In this document: piece by piece, positions 39,465 to 53,340 of the stretch | Layout of the letters: every line of letters starts with the position of its first letter | Numbering within the stretch: the first letter of the stretch is position 1 | Origin: Catajapyx aquilonaris | Lineage: Eukaryota | NCBI GenBank assembly: GCA_000934665.2 | Contig: JYFJ02001665.1 | Location: 1 to 64,000, forward strand | Direction of reading: 5' to 3' | Length of the DNA stretch: 64,000 bases | Program-made: the position numbers and the translations under genes | Notes under the pieces: model-generated | What the model was told of the DNA's origin: nothing | Database searches by the model: none | What the model saw: the letters and a program-made list of their open reading frames with translations, nothing else

Positions 39465-41314
39465 GTACAGTACATATGGCGTGTATATACCAGTAAAGGT
39501 CCTCTTCTACTGCCGACGACGTTTCCGACTGAAGTAGCTAAAGTAGTTTGCTATTTTCAATATATTCTAAGGTTTTTTTGTGTTGCCCAGTGTTATCTGA
39601 GATTTTTCTAGATGAAAATAATTTACGGTATTATTTTTCATTAAAATTGGAGTGAATGATATATATGTGTCCAATTATTATTGTACCACCCCATTTGAAG
39701 GGACCTGAACCTGTGTATAACCAGAGTTAGAAAATAATTTGTCATTAAATATAATATATTGTTAATGAACAATCTGCAGCTCAACAAAATCGGGGGATAC
39801 TGAGGGAAGGGGTTGGAGAGAGGGGGAGAGCCATTTGCACAAAATAATGAAATATGATGGTTCCAACTTCCAAGCAGCCGTGTGACAATGACGTGTAAGG
39901 AAATGGCAATGTGTGGCAGGATACAGCACGAAGACCAGACATGGAAGCAGTGGTCCGAATCGAGGCAAAAAAATCGAGAACCTGTATATTCAAAAACAGA
40001 AAGTGTTGAATTTTCAAGGTCGGAGAGATTAAATTCGGTATCAAAGTATGTAGGCCCTAATCATTAATATAGTGATTTTTTTCCCAATTTTCTCTCATGA
40101 ACATCATGAAAAAATATAAGTAAAGTGAAGAGAGTGCAAACTTAAATATGCTCTCCTGAAACATTACACTTTTGTAGGTTATCATCTTTTTACACCACAC
40201 CCCTTATTTGTCCTGCATGTGGGCCTGCATGAAAATGCCAAAGCAGCTATTACACTACTTACGAGATTAGTAGATTAGATGCACAATTCACAGTTTGAAA
40301 GCATCGCATCAAAGAGTAGCCTGGCTGGTACCTTTTCACAAGCAACTTTGAGGACTTGGTCTTCAAGATCTCAGGTATACCGGGTCAGGACCCAACTACA
40401 GCTCAAATGAACTAGGAGCACTTCACTGGCAAGGGAACAGCATGAATGCTTTCTCTATGATTCAAATGGCACACATCCAAATTGCAAATTGCCCCTTATA
40501 ATATGAGCATCAATACCCACTTTTGGGGTATTGCCAAATTACGAGGCATGATTGAACTTGATATGCAAGACATTCCCAGGAATGCACACTTTTTTCGTCA
40601 ATGTCACAACTCACAACAGTTGATGTTCATAATAAATGGTATCATGGCAGTAATTATAAATATTTAAAAAACATCGTATTAGCTAGGTTTTGTTGCTTTC
40701 ATTCACAGGTTGCAAGCTGTTGTCAAATCACAACTCGTCATGTGCTTCACAATATTTACAATTTTTAAATTCCCATTTTACTACAAGGCAGAAAATAATA
40801 TTACAGGCACTTTCCAAGCATAGCATTTTAGCCACCTGCATTATTTATACCGGGTGAGCCAGAACACCATGCCAATCTCCCGCCAGAGTACTTCTTGGCT
40901 TACTGCAGATCACGCTGCAGATCTAAAATGTACAGGTGAGAAATGTTGAAAACCCAACAAGATAAGAATAAGCATTTGGTTGCCCGTTAGGCATACACAA
41001 CCACCTGCCTTGCAACTTATTTTGGAACATCATACTACTAATCGTATGCACAGATGGAGGCAAAATGGTGGCGTAGTGGTTAGTGCCACAACCTTCCCTT
41101 TGATCCCTGAATAGTACCAAGAAATTTCTAATGTGGAAATCATTTCCAATGAGGTTTTCTGTGCTTCAGTGGCTTTTCTCAAGCTCTTCTCCCATTTCCT
41201 CCCACTATCCTAATCCAACTGTTGTTATTGTTGTAGTAGTTGTTGTTGTTACATGCAGGACCCCTTTTATGACACTCCATTTTATGCCATCTCATATAAA
41301 TGTCTTTTTCAATA

Positions 41315-41617
41315 ACCGAAGCAGGTTGGCATAGTGGATAAGGCGTCCGACTGCTAATCGGGAGGTCCTGGGTTCGAATCCTGGGGCCGGCAACTCTGGC
41401 CGTGGTTTTCTGTGGTTTCCCACGGTCCTTCCAGGAAAATTCTGGAGTTGCTTCCGTAATTAATAGGCCACAGCCGCTTCCTTCCGTCCCTATCCTATCC
41501 CAAAAAGCGCAGTAAAATGAAAGCAAAGAGTTCCCGGCAAAACAAAAACCTTCCCCCCTAAAGAGCCGATAGGCTGATAACGGGGTATGAATTATTTATT
41601 ATTATTATTATTATTAT
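41315..41617 (+). mobile_element. tRNA-derived SINE, family A, full length with 20-bp TSD
   Basis: TSD tataaatgtctttttcaata at 41295-41314 and 41618-41637; A box tggcatagtgg, B box GGTTCGAATCC, (ATT)n tail. Confidence 0.92.
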
Positions 41618-42957
41618 TATAAATGTCTTTTTCAATATTACCATAAAAAATGGAAACACTTAAAACAAAATAAATTCAAAAAACACATTTACTGTAACAC
41701 CTGAGTCCAAACCATGGTCTTGTACAGGGTGATTCTCTCGAATGGAAACCCAAACATTCCTCAATAACTTTTTAACTATAGTATGGTTCCCGATTAAAAT
41801 TGACATGTACTTACCTTGTATTACCTGCCGGTCGAGTTCTCAGCGCCTAGATTCTAGGCGGCTGGGGCTCAAGGGGTTAATAAACAATTTCAACCCATTC
41901 CTTTCAAGTATCTTTTTTGTACTTTTTGGTGTTTCTGTTACAAGTGGATTTGGCAATCCATATCTTGATGAGCCACACGAGTATTAGTCTTGCCACATTG
42001 GGCAAAACATGCTGACTTTGCTTGTGCAATAGGAGGGTTTCCTCATATTGTCATGCACAGCCCAGTATATAAGAGTAACTTCTGCACAGGACAAGAGAGT
42101 TCCTGGGCGCGGGCTAGGGCTCACGATTGGGAATGTAGCTGCTCAGAGTTTAACCCGTGAGGCTGGCATTGGCCAGGCCTTTGCTGAGACAACGTAATTG
42201 TTAATTGGCATTAACTTGTGAACTTTGGAAACAACCATAACTTAGAGAACAGTGTATTGTAACTATTAGAGAACAGTGTAAATATACATCACATTAAATT
42301 CATTTTTAATACAGCCTTACCCTCAATTATTTGAACCTACACGACAGTTAACGTTGGTTGAAAAGCCAAGGTCAACATTTCTATTAAATAAGGATCCACA
42401 GAATTTATAAACGAATTTCAGGCCTCTATAATTTCACTTTTTTGAAAATAGCCATTGTACTTTTTTTTTTTTTTGAAACCTCCATACTACATAGATCTTA
42501 CAACAACCTAAAAACCAAAAACAAAATTGAGATTACAGAACCATCTTGTGCGGCAGGTCAAGATATCTACTAGAAGTAATTTCCTAAAATTGGCTTGTAA
42601 GAAATAAGGGTCAATTGAACTACTTGAAAATTATGGCCACAGCATAAGTACACTAACTGAATCAACTTTTAACAAGTTGCCCCTTTAAGGATCATTTGGA
42701 TATGCGAGGACATTTTGTTTTAAACTAACTGAGAGTTTCGTGTTTTTGTATAGACAACTTGCATATCTTTCCAGTTCTATTGCTTTTAAAGGTTTGTTTT
42801 TTCATATCCAGACTACTCAAGTGTTTGTAAAATTTTTGCTTGCTTTACAGGTCAGTGAGCTCTTTTTTGAGTTGTTTCCATTCTACTATGCCGAAAGGAG
42901 TTTTTTATTTTACTTTGTTTCAAAATCACTTACTTGAATACTTTTTTGTTTCATATA

Positions 42958-43098
42958 CAGTAAAACCTCGATATAACGCTTTTCCGCTTTTAACACCTCT
43001 TTTACCGGTCCCTTGATCATTTCCATAAGGTAAATTTTCCCGCATATAACGCAACTTTTGGGTGGTCCCTTGAAGTTAGTTATATCGAGGTCTGACTA
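42958..43098. mobile_element. pogo/Tigger-like MITE
   Basis: ta|cagtaaaacctcgatataac ... gttatatcgaggtctgacta; subterminal ggtcccttgaa motif shared with 54634-55194. Confidence 0.7.
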
Positions 43099-44339
43099 TC
43101 ATGTAACAAATTTTTTTCTTTCCATTCCATTATGTCGGAAGGGTTTTTAAATTCCAAACTATCATGAGCTTGAAGATTTTTTTTTTGCGTGACAGACCAC
43201 TTGAACTCTTTTTGGTTCCATTCCATCGAGTTGGAAGGAGCTTTTTTGTTTCCAAACTACATCGAGTTTGAAAGTTTTTTGTTTTGGAAACCACCATGAA
43301 GCTTCTTTTGCTTCCACTCCATACATTGATGTGAGTTTTACATGCAAAAGTGCATGTGTGAGAGTGACTGAGCTTTTTAATACACATTAGATCGTTTCAT
43401 TAACTTCTTGTAATATTAAAAAAATAAACTTGTAAGTTTAAAAATAACTGTTTCCATTCCAGATGGGATATTGAAGGAAGTGTTCGCTTCTTTGATAAAC
43501 CATTGGGAGTTATTCGTCTTCAGACCTTGTTTTAAATTGGAAAAAAGTCTGTCCAAGGCACGAAGTCATCATGAGACTCTTCTGTCATTTTATGCCACAA
43601 AGTACTGCCCAAAAAGAAACCATTTAATACATGAAAGCATGTGGTGCACTCCTGCATGGCAGGTGACTAGTACACCTCCGAACCATGTGATAAAAACTGA
43701 CACATTTTCTAACATTCACCCTTATTGTGGTAACCATGCAACTTCCACCTCAGTCATTATTGTTAATCTACCGTAACTTTAATGAGAACCACTGCACTTT
43801 GAAAAGTAATAGTAACATGGAGCAAAGTTGCTGAAGGCTGACGAGGAATTAATATTCCATTTTCATGACATAAAAAGTGAAAGTAAATTGAGAAGGGCTG
43901 CCACATAATTTTTTCCCAATATAATCTGTGATTGTGATATTCCAGAGTGATTTTTTCTTCAAGTTAAAAAAGGTCACAAAATGCTTCAAATATTCAATGA
44001 TTTTTATTTCAATTCATATTGTATTGGTTGGGCAAGTTGCATGTAGTCAAGAGAACATGCCTTACTAGAATCATAAAAGTATATATACACACTTTTTGCA
44101 TTGTGGATCAACATCATTTAGAGAAATGGGTGCCAAATTTTCTTTTAGATCGAATGAGTCATCTGCATGAGAACATAATCTGTCCTGTTAAAAATAAATG
44201 AAACCGGGTTTCTTCTGCTACCTTGATTGCTGACATGATGAACTATAAATGATGTCATTAGTAGAATTTTAACTGCAGTTATTAAAAACACAATTACAAG
44301 GCCAACAGGGCATAACCAACCAGTAGGGAGAATAGCAAA

Positions 44340-47300
44340 TCATGGGGTGAGACGCTTAGGATCACGTGGGAACATTGAGGTCTTCCGTACATTGTCCAAT
44401 CCCAGATACAGCATCATCACTCGCTCCAATCCTATCCCACCACCAGCATGAGGAGGGCAACCATAGCGGAAGGAATCAACATATGCCTTGATTTTCTCCA
44501 GATCTAAATAAGATTTAAAATATTTAGTGATACTGCTTCCAATTTGTCAAATACTACTGCTGCCCTACCACCAAAACGGTACATCTGCACATTACCATAA
44601 GGTCGTCTCTTCAGACAACTAGATTTAAAATATGGCTGATCATAATAATCAGATGTACCTTTGTTTGGCTGGACCACAGAGTAGCCTTCTTATACGTACC
44701 AACACCACAGCTGGTTGCCCTAGCAGACAACAGTTCTGGATCGTGTATTCTCTGAGCACCGGAGAGGATTTCCTCCCCTCGCATGAACATGTCATAAGAA
44801 TTGGACCATTTCTAAAAAGAAAACAACTTGTAAAAACTGCAATTCCTTCAAGCATAGCTACTAACCTTGTTGTTGGGGTCAGGCATGGTGTAGAAAGGTC
44901 TGACTGCTAAGGGGTACTTGTCCAGCATATAAAAATCAGTCCCATACTAGAAAATGTGCAACATTAGTGCATGCTCAAATCCAAGTATCAGGCAATTAAT
45001 ACCTTTGCCTTGACCAACTTCCCCAGCAACTTCTCATTAGGCGTGCTCAAGTCCTCTTCATCCCCCATCTCCACTCCAGCTTCCTTCAGCATGGCCAAAC
45101 CCTCAGGATATTCCAGTCGCAGTGGTGGATCCAGGAACTGGAATGGCTCGGATGGGTACTGTTTGTTCACTGCAGCAATTTCATCAGCAAACCTGCAAGT
45201 ACAAGTGATTTGATATCTCCAGTCAAAAATAAATGCATATGTAAGTTTACCGGTCACGAAGCCCACGAAATATTTCTGTGAACATGTGTCCAATAGTGTC
45301 GACCACTTCATGGTAGTGAAAATTAAATGCCATTTCCAAATCCAGTCCAACAAATTCTGTCAGGTGGCGATGAGTGTTGCTGTCCTCCGCACGAAATACT
45401 GTAACCAGAGCCAGGTTTACGGATACTTGCCAAAGAGTGGTTTCTTAAATTTATCACCTGCTCCAATGGTAAAAACCTTCTCAAAATCTCCTGAAATTGC
45501 CATTTGCTTGTAGAGTTGTGGACTCTGTGCCAAGTATGCAGAAGTCTTGAAATAGGAAACAGTGAATACATTGGCACCACCTTCACTGGCAGCAGAAATA
45601 ATCTTCGGGGTGTGAATCTCAACAAATCCCTGCAAAGAAAACACTTGACATGAAGTGGCCACATCTTGAAGCAGCTCTGTGGTTCTACCCCCAGCCCTTG
45701 AGAGTTCCGAAGATTGCGCCCTTAGGGTAAATATCATTGCACAAACATGCATTTCCAAGAGGAATACTTCCAGTGTATTCTCTGTCGTAAAGGAATGTTT
45801 ATTATATATGAAGAAATCCCACTACAATATAAAAACCCAGACTTTGGCAATATGAGACAAGGTTGCCAGTTATGCCTCACACAAAATAACATTCATCATG
45901 CATTGATCAATACTGCTGGATGCCAGAAGATCCAGGCTCTCTAGTAATATCCATTTCCTGCTCTTATGTTAACATTAATCTTGACAAGGTATTATAATAT
46001 ACTGTATAAATTGAGATTTGATGCTAATTTTGGTCTATAATTTGGAACAAAAAAAATTTAGCAAATTTTGGGTAGAAAGAAGATTTTCAGTCCATCTCAA
46101 CTTTTTTTTTTTCCATATGTGCAATTACACATGTATGTGCATGGATATGCATGCACACCAAGTTGTCACTTGATTAATTATCCCACATTGCTACTGTTAT
46201 CATCATCATCAACATTATTATTATTATTATGGCGATGGTGGTGATTTTGAGGCACTTTATAGGAAGTGGGTATTGTAACCAAACCATCCACAATACCTTG
46301 TTAGTGAGAGCTTCTCGAAACAATTGGCACACCCCAGCTTCAAGCCTGTAAATAGCTTGGTTGGTAGGAGTGCGGAGGTCCAGAATCCGGTTGTCCAATC
46401 GAGTGTCTTGATTCACATGAATGCTGAGACCCTCTGCATCCTGAAATTGTCAACCATGTCTTCAGTCTATGCCCTAAATACCATAACCCATTTACATTGG
46501 CAGGAGATGCAAACTGACACCAAATTTACTAACCCTCTTCCCCCCACACCAGAACAATTTTCACAGTTCAACATTGAAATACTCACTCCTTCAACAATAG
46601 CACGTGCAGCATCATCAATCTGTAGTGGAAGCTTTGGCTCTGCAGCACTGACAACAAATAATTGAGAAATGTGGACTTCAACATACTGCTGCGTACAACT
46701 CTCCACCTTTGGCTCCACTGCCTTCACACATCCTTCAACATCCACAATGGATTCCTTTGTGACACTACAACCAAAACCCATACATGACAGATGATATTTA
46801 AAAACTCCAATGATGTTGACTCACTTGGCAATAAATTTCACCATGGCCTTGCTGACCTTCTCAGAAACCATGGCTACACACTGAATGCTAAATTGTTGCT
46901 GCCGCAAAACGAGAAAGCACTGCTTGCCTGTAACACGATGTGTATTATGAGAATCTTCTTGGGAGAAGCTTCAGATCACTAGAGTGTAATTACCTTTGGA
47001 CCTGCTAGTATGAAGTCGACCACGAAGCCACACCTGTTGATTTACTATCTGTAGACCAACATCTTTGACACGTAGTATTTCTCTTTCCACTTTCTCCTGG
47101 GACTGGTTGAGAGGAAGGACCCCATACATGCCCAAGGATACATCCTCCTTTTCTTCACCAGCAGCAGTAGCCTACAACGGATGTCATTAGAAGAGAATCT
47201 CACACTTTTCACTGCTGCGCAACTGGCTGCCAGTCAATTCGTTGCAGTCAAACACTTGTTTGCTTTTGACAGGCTAATTGCCAAGGGAAACACATCCTAT

Positions 47301-49316
47301 GTGCATAAACAAGTCATTCAAAATGGCAAATTGATAGAATGCAAAACCACAATTAATGAGATACTGAGCTTGGCAAAGCCACAATATTTAACAATCATTG
47401 GCCACAAGACAGACAGTAATTGTTGTGGATACAACAAACAACAACACCACCATCACAACAGTTCCCTATAAGGGGTAGTCAGCGATGAAGTGAGACGCAA
47501 GTTAACTCCACATATGAACTACATTAAAACTTGTAAAAATAAAACTATAAACAACCCGTCCCACCCCCCACCCCTGCCCATCTCAGATGATGGACAGGGT
47601 GGCAGGTACCCCGAGAACCATGTGCCAGACAGCAGCATCTTCTCCGGCCACTCTGACACCCTGGTCACCCAGTCGACTTCATTCCCGCCATAAGATATGC
47701 AGGCCCTACTCCGCCGCGTACAGAGCATCGGGGATCTCCCCGCCAGCCCAATCCTGCGGCCGCCCGGTGTGTGTAATAATTGTCTGCGTGAATGCTCCTC
47801 TCATATCCTGTGTACCTCCCTCCTCCTCCATTATTCCTCACCTCACCCCCATTATTCAACCTATGCCATTTACACCTGTCTAAACAAACAACCTTAGCCT
47901 CAGCCACGTCCATGGTCCTCTTGACACAACTGGCTGCCATCTTTTTGCTGCCAAGTCAATTTGCTGCGGTCACTGCTTTGTGTGCCCATGGTGATCATGC
48001 CATCTGTATGGCTTTGTTGTGGATACAAAACCCACATAAAGGTGCGACAAAAGTTGATATTTTTGTGTGACACACCGGTCCTGAGCTGCGATGCGAACTT
48101 GTCTACCTAGGGTTGAAAATCTTCGCAAGCTGGCGCGATTCCGCACTGTGAGGACCAATCAAGGCGCAGAGCTGAATCCCGTGGTATGTACCCTCCCCTC
48201 CCCGACCTCACCGCCCCGAGCCCTGACCCCCGTCCAGCAGCCGGGAGAAAATAGAAAGATCCCGGCGACTGCGGTTAATGTAGAGGCGAAGGCCCGCGGG
48301 AATGTGTCGAGCAGTCGAAGAAAGAAATAAAGTGGCTGTAGGAGCAGAAGGTGAAGCTCATTGAGGAGGTGCTGTGCAGCCCCAACTGTGGGACTTGTCC
48401 ATTTTGCCTACATGTCCACTCGCGCCTCGCATCGCACATCCTCGCACTAATTAAAACACCCCTTGCGAGAAGACAAATTCGCATGAGTCAAAAGTGCCTG
48501 TTCTCATGCGAGAAGTTACCTGTTTGCAGATATGAAAATGGACCTTAAGTGCCCAGCTAGCTACGCTCACAATTATTTATTTATTTCATTTCTATTTATT
48601 TAATACCCCATGATAGGGCCCTGGGGGCCCTTTAATGGGGGTGGAATACCACAATTTTTTGTGTTAAATAATATTTTCTGACATTTTTTTTGTCACTGGT
48701 GCAGGGAAGAAACGACATGAGGTAGGGATGGGAGTTTCTGGGGAGGAGACAAAGGTGCAGGTGCAATGTCTTAAACGCTGGGCCACGTGCAGTCTCCTTG
48801 GAGGTTAGGTTGCCAGACGCCCCCAAGGCATGGGTCAGAGACCCTCCTGACGCAGGCGAAAGGGAGCTCCCGGGCGGGGTTCGAACCCGGGACCTTTCGC
48901 ATGGCAAGTTGAGACGTTACCATCTCGGCCACCGCGCCTCCCCTATGCTCACAATTAACTGAAATCATCAAGCAATGTGACAGACTGTGACTGGAAGGGC
49001 CACAAGTCAAGACTACTGGTGAGGTCACCCCAAAGCCATACAGACGCCGTCATCACAAAAGGCACACAACACAGTGACCGCAGCAAATTGACTAGGCAGC
49101 AAAAAGATGGCAGCCAATTGTGTGGCAGCCAATTGACTCTATGGTGAATTGACTGGCAACCATTCAATAAGTCTGTACAGAATATTCAACACTCACATCT
49201 GCTGCTTTCCGTTCTTCCTTCTTCGCTGCCTTAGCAGCTTCTTTTGCTTCCTTTTTCAATGCCTTCTTGGACTTGGCTTCAGCACCTGATTCACTTTCTT
49301 TGCCCTCTGCCACCAT
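44340..49316 (-). CDS. DARS1: Aspartate--tRNA ligase, cytoplasmic, 529 aa; exons 49197-49316, 46994-47171, 46825-46927, 46587-46764, 46297-46440, 45458-45629, 45251-45398, 45003-45192, 44866-44946, 44700-44811, 44340-44503
   Basis: Lys-rich N-terminal extension (SKKALKK), [67 protein letters not shown] and C-terminal [11 protein letters not shown]. Total 1590 nt, in frame. Confidence 0.97.
47224..49160. mobile_element. Degraded Mutator-like element(s) filling AspRS coding intron 1, related to 51345-52288
   Basis: Inverted pair 47927-47976/49070-49120 (caactggctgccatctttttgctgcc...gcggtcactg); 48995-49045 is an inverted match to 51570-51620; ggctgcc sub-repeats. Confidence 0.55.
48576..48942 (-). 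mobile_element. tRNA-derived SINE, family B, with ~15-bp TSD
   Basis: Reverse strand ggggaggcgcggtggccgagatggtaacg...GGTTCGAACCC with a (AAAT)n tail; TSD cta(c/t)gctcacaatta at 48561-48575 and 48943-48957. Confidence 0.88.
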
Positions 49317-51344
49317 CTTTGTTGTCTTCCTGTTTCCAATTCCACTGGTAAGCTGTAAAATGAGGATTCTCATGTCATGAAATGGGTATACCACAGCACA
49401 CACCTCCAAATAAACATAAGACACAAAGAATAAGTACAAGCTTAGTGGTTGCTTGTCTGACTCACGGCAACTAAGGCCACCAGGCATTTACCAGATAATA
49501 ATTACTTTTCCACCACTGTAAATACCAAGCTAAATACACTATATCCTACTTATGATTTCCAGGACATGTTGGGTGAAGCCTCGTCTGTGGGTTTCTGGTG
49601 CAATACAATGATGTAATGCGTAAGAACTGTTACATATGCAAGTAACTGCATAGGTTTCACATGATGACAACACCATGTCAGGGAGCAAAATGATATACTC
49701 TATGTGCTAATAATGATTTTTTTCCCCTTTGACAAGCAGTGCTAACACACTAACTACCTGTTTATCAAAACTTCGGAAATATGATGCATGCAATGTGTGG
49801 CATGTGCTGCATCACCTAGTTTTGGACTGCCACATGAGGGTCTAATTGAGCACAATGGAGAACCCGGCCGAACCTTACCTCTCAAAATGATCAGAAATTC
49901 AGAATACTGATCTGCTTATTCTAACAGAGAAACTGAACTTCATACACTGCACCCTGCCAACAAATGTGGCGTGTGAGTTTCCTGCACTTCAGCATGTCAT
50001 CTTCTGAAGGGTATGCCCTTGAGAAATGCAGAAACTAGGAAGATATGACTTGTCAGCCTCTGACCTTCATTAGGAAATACTGTTGCTTAAAATGCACTTT
50101 AGGCAAATCCATCCATAATTTAACTATGGAGCAAAGTCTGCACGAGTCACAAGTGTAGACAATACCCACCTTTTACCTTCGCACTAGTGTGGCTGATGCA
50201 ACCCTCTCTGGATATGGCACCTCCGATCAGCTACCATGTACCACCGATCACCGGGCAAAGCACCGACAGTACAGCATGGCTAGGCTTTAGGCTATTGCTA
50301 CCGGAAAAAGCATGCCGAGGTTGCCAGGTGCCGGTGCCTGTAGCGGTGGAGGCTGGAGGGGCCGTGGAGGGGAGCAGGGGAAGGTGGTTACCAAGTTGGC
50401 GCATGGTCCCTGCGATGCTGCCTCCCTGTGTGAACTGCGCACACCGTCTACTTCCCTCCTGCTTTTTCAAAGCATGTTTCGTACTTCCGTCATATGTTGT
50501 TGCAATACAGGTTGAACAACTGGTGCGGAAGGAAGGGCATCTCAACAGGCTCGGTACTTGGGTATTGTATTGGCATAACAGTTTATTGTTGAAATGTGTT
50601 TTTGCTATTGTGACGACACCAGTGAAAAATATATAACATACCGTATGTCAAGAAAGGTTACCGGTCGACATAATGACACATGCATTGTCAGATTAGATTA
50701 GATTCTGGGCCTTCGTAATTGACAGGTTTGTTTTCTGCCATAAAAGTGACTTTACTGTGCATTCAGGGTAGCCAAAACGGGCGCCTTGTTTTTAAAACAT
50801 GAGACATGTTTACCCTGTCTAGAAATGCAAAACAGCTGCGCCAATTTTCGCTGTATGCGGTCCATCGCAACCGTGAGAACCACGGGTGAGAACTGACCTT
50901 CAAGGCACGTTCTCACGAGTGTGATGGGCCAAAATAGCACGAATTATCGCAGCGTCGTTTGGTATTTCTAGGCATGTTAAACCGGTTTTATACTTTTATG
51001 TATTTCAAATGGTGAGTGGTTCTACATCGAGCATGAGAATCGGGAGTTAAATACAAGTAAAATCACTTTTTCAGGCGCAGACAGCCTCTGCGATGAAGAG
51101 AAAAAAACGTACTGGTGAGAACGTGTATTTAGCGGTAAACAATCCACTTATTGCCATGGGATACGTATCAATTCAGGGCAATACGAGTGTATTATTATTG
51201 CTGATGTATCAGTAGATTAAACTTACTGTTTTCGTTGGCTGTGCATATGTGGGTCAGGGTAAGCCCGGACTTGTAATGGACTTCTCTGTTCCGAGGAAGT
51301 CAAAACAAGACTGCAAATTATTGTTGTTATAATAGTAACCAAAT

Positions 51345-52288
51345 GGTATCCCGACAACTGGCTGCCGCCGCCGGTCATTTGGCTGCGGTTAAAATGGCTG
51401 CTGCCTTTTAGTTGCCGATTAACTTGGCTGCGATCAGAGTTGCTAGATCAAATGGCTAGAGACATAAGGTTTTTGCATAATGAAAAACCGAGTAGGGCCT
51501 ACATAAATGCAACTTGCGACTTGCCCTTTAGGCTATTAACGAAAATGGCTGTGTCAGTTGTGTTGGTGTCATCTGTATGGCTTTGGGGTGACCGCACCAA
51601 TACCGTCCGTCTTGTGGCCCTGCCAGGCACGGTACGTCACCCGTCCGGGATAATTTTAGTTAACTAGCTGCGTGCTGCGATACCCGGCGTTGCTCGGGAA
51701 GAAATGAATGGAAAGCAAGCTGAAAAGGACAGGCAAAAAAATACATGTAATTAAGAATCTTAATTAAAGGAAGGCCGGGTCGGAAGGACGTGGACGGGAG
51801 AGGGTGTAGGTGTAGGAGGCGGACCACAGATGGGAGGCAAATGACGGTTGGCGTTCCAGGCGGGCGGACAGACAGATCACAAACGGCTTTATTTATATAG
51901 AATTATTATAGATAGAAGGCAGATAATGCGGAGCGATAGCGGAGCTAGGCGCTTATCGTGAGTTTATTTGTGACATTATTTACTGTCCGTCTTGTGGCGC
52001 CGCAGGCCAACGAACACTATTGTGGCTTTGCCAATTACCTTCAGGTTTTATATTAACGAAAAAGGCTGCTCCTGTTGTGTTGGTGTCATTTGTATGGCTT
52101 TGGGGTGACCGCACCAATACTGTCCGTCTTGTCGCGCCGCAGGCCAACGAACATTATTGCGGCTTTGCCAACCTTCAGGCTGACGCTATACGTATCATTA
52201 ATTGTGCCCTCGTGTTCAATAAATTTTTCCCTACGAGAATGTCACGGCAGTCAATAATTGAGCGGCAGCCAAAAGTCGTAGACTATTC
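51345..52288. mobile_element. Non-autonomous DNA transposon (Mutator-like) with 8-9-bp TSD
   Basis: TSD aaccaaat at 51337-51344 and 52289-52296; imperfect ends ggtatcccgacaactggctgccgc / gcggcagccaaaagtcgtagactattc; tggctgc subterminal repeats; internal direct repeats ~51535-51625, 51982-52045 and 52050-52180. Confidence 0.72.
51662..51914 (+). mobile_element. Helentron/DINE-1-like short element nested in the Mutator-like element
   Basis: Starts aactagctg...cccggcgttgctcggg (short hairpin), has a gacagacaga tract and ends ctttatttatataga, a layout recalled from Helitron-related HINEs. Confidence 0.55.
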
Positions 52289-52641
52289 AACCAAATAGTA
52301 ACACGCTTGCACGAAGGAAGTGCGTTAAAGTGAAATCAACTACGGTACCGGTACTGAAACCTATAGTCGTCATGCGATCCATACCCAGCGACGGATAGCC
52401 TACTTTACTATATGCTGATTATAATAAATCAGTAACTTAATTGGACCTAAAATATCAAGATAGATCGCCCCAGCTTTGTCACAATTTATTATTAGGCTAC
52501 GTATTTTGAATCGATTTTCCTGATTGGTGATCATTTTACAATCGACCACCAAAATCGATTTCCTGGAAATAACTTCCGGCCCTATAAGGAAGTTCTACCC
52601 GAGATTTTATTTAATACTTTCCTTCGTTGACAGTTTTCTGA

Positions 52642-52811
<170 letters not shown>

Positions 52812-53119
52812 TGTTTCTCATTGGTCTCTCGTACAGCAGTACCGGTACAACTGATAATTATTAGCTCTTTATATCACTCCCATGAAAAGACAGTTGAACA
52901 TTAGTAGCGTACACCAGTTCCATAAGCTTAAATATACAGTAGCCTATACAGCCATAAAATAAGATTTTGATAGTATTGTTTCACGTATCACACTTGAGGA
53001 ATGTGCCGCAGGACATAGAAGGATATAGTTGAAAGAACGAGAGTCCGCAATCGTATATCTGGGCCATATAGTGTAGGCTACTATCCAACTATATGATCGC
53101 GGACAATCACACTCTAACG

Positions 53120-53340
53120 CAGGGGTTCCCAACCTTTTTGCAACCGCGACCCCCCAAATCACCTAAAATTTCTCCACGGCCCCATTGCAAAAGTAACATA
53201 CATAAATCTTTAACATTGAAGCAGCCAAACAATACAAGAAATATATTTACCAAATGTGGTACACAATGCCTCTCACGGCCCCCCCGGACCTGCTCCACGG
53301 CCCCCTTGGGGGGCCACGACTCCCAGGTTGAGAACCCCTG
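53120..53340. mobile_element. hAT (Charlie-like) MITE
   Basis: caggggttcccaacct ... aggttgagaacccctg TIRs; flanks ctctaacg / ctctatta (decayed 8-bp TSD). Confidence 0.8.

Noticed and set aside
41936..42346. Possible second solo LTR (TATA-like tatataag, attaaa, ends ...acgaca)
   Set aside because: No matching TSD and no defined left end.
50187..50636. 149-aa and 104-aa overlapping ORFs upstream of the AspRS ATG
   Set aside because: No motif or splice support; probably decayed repeat in a UTR intron.
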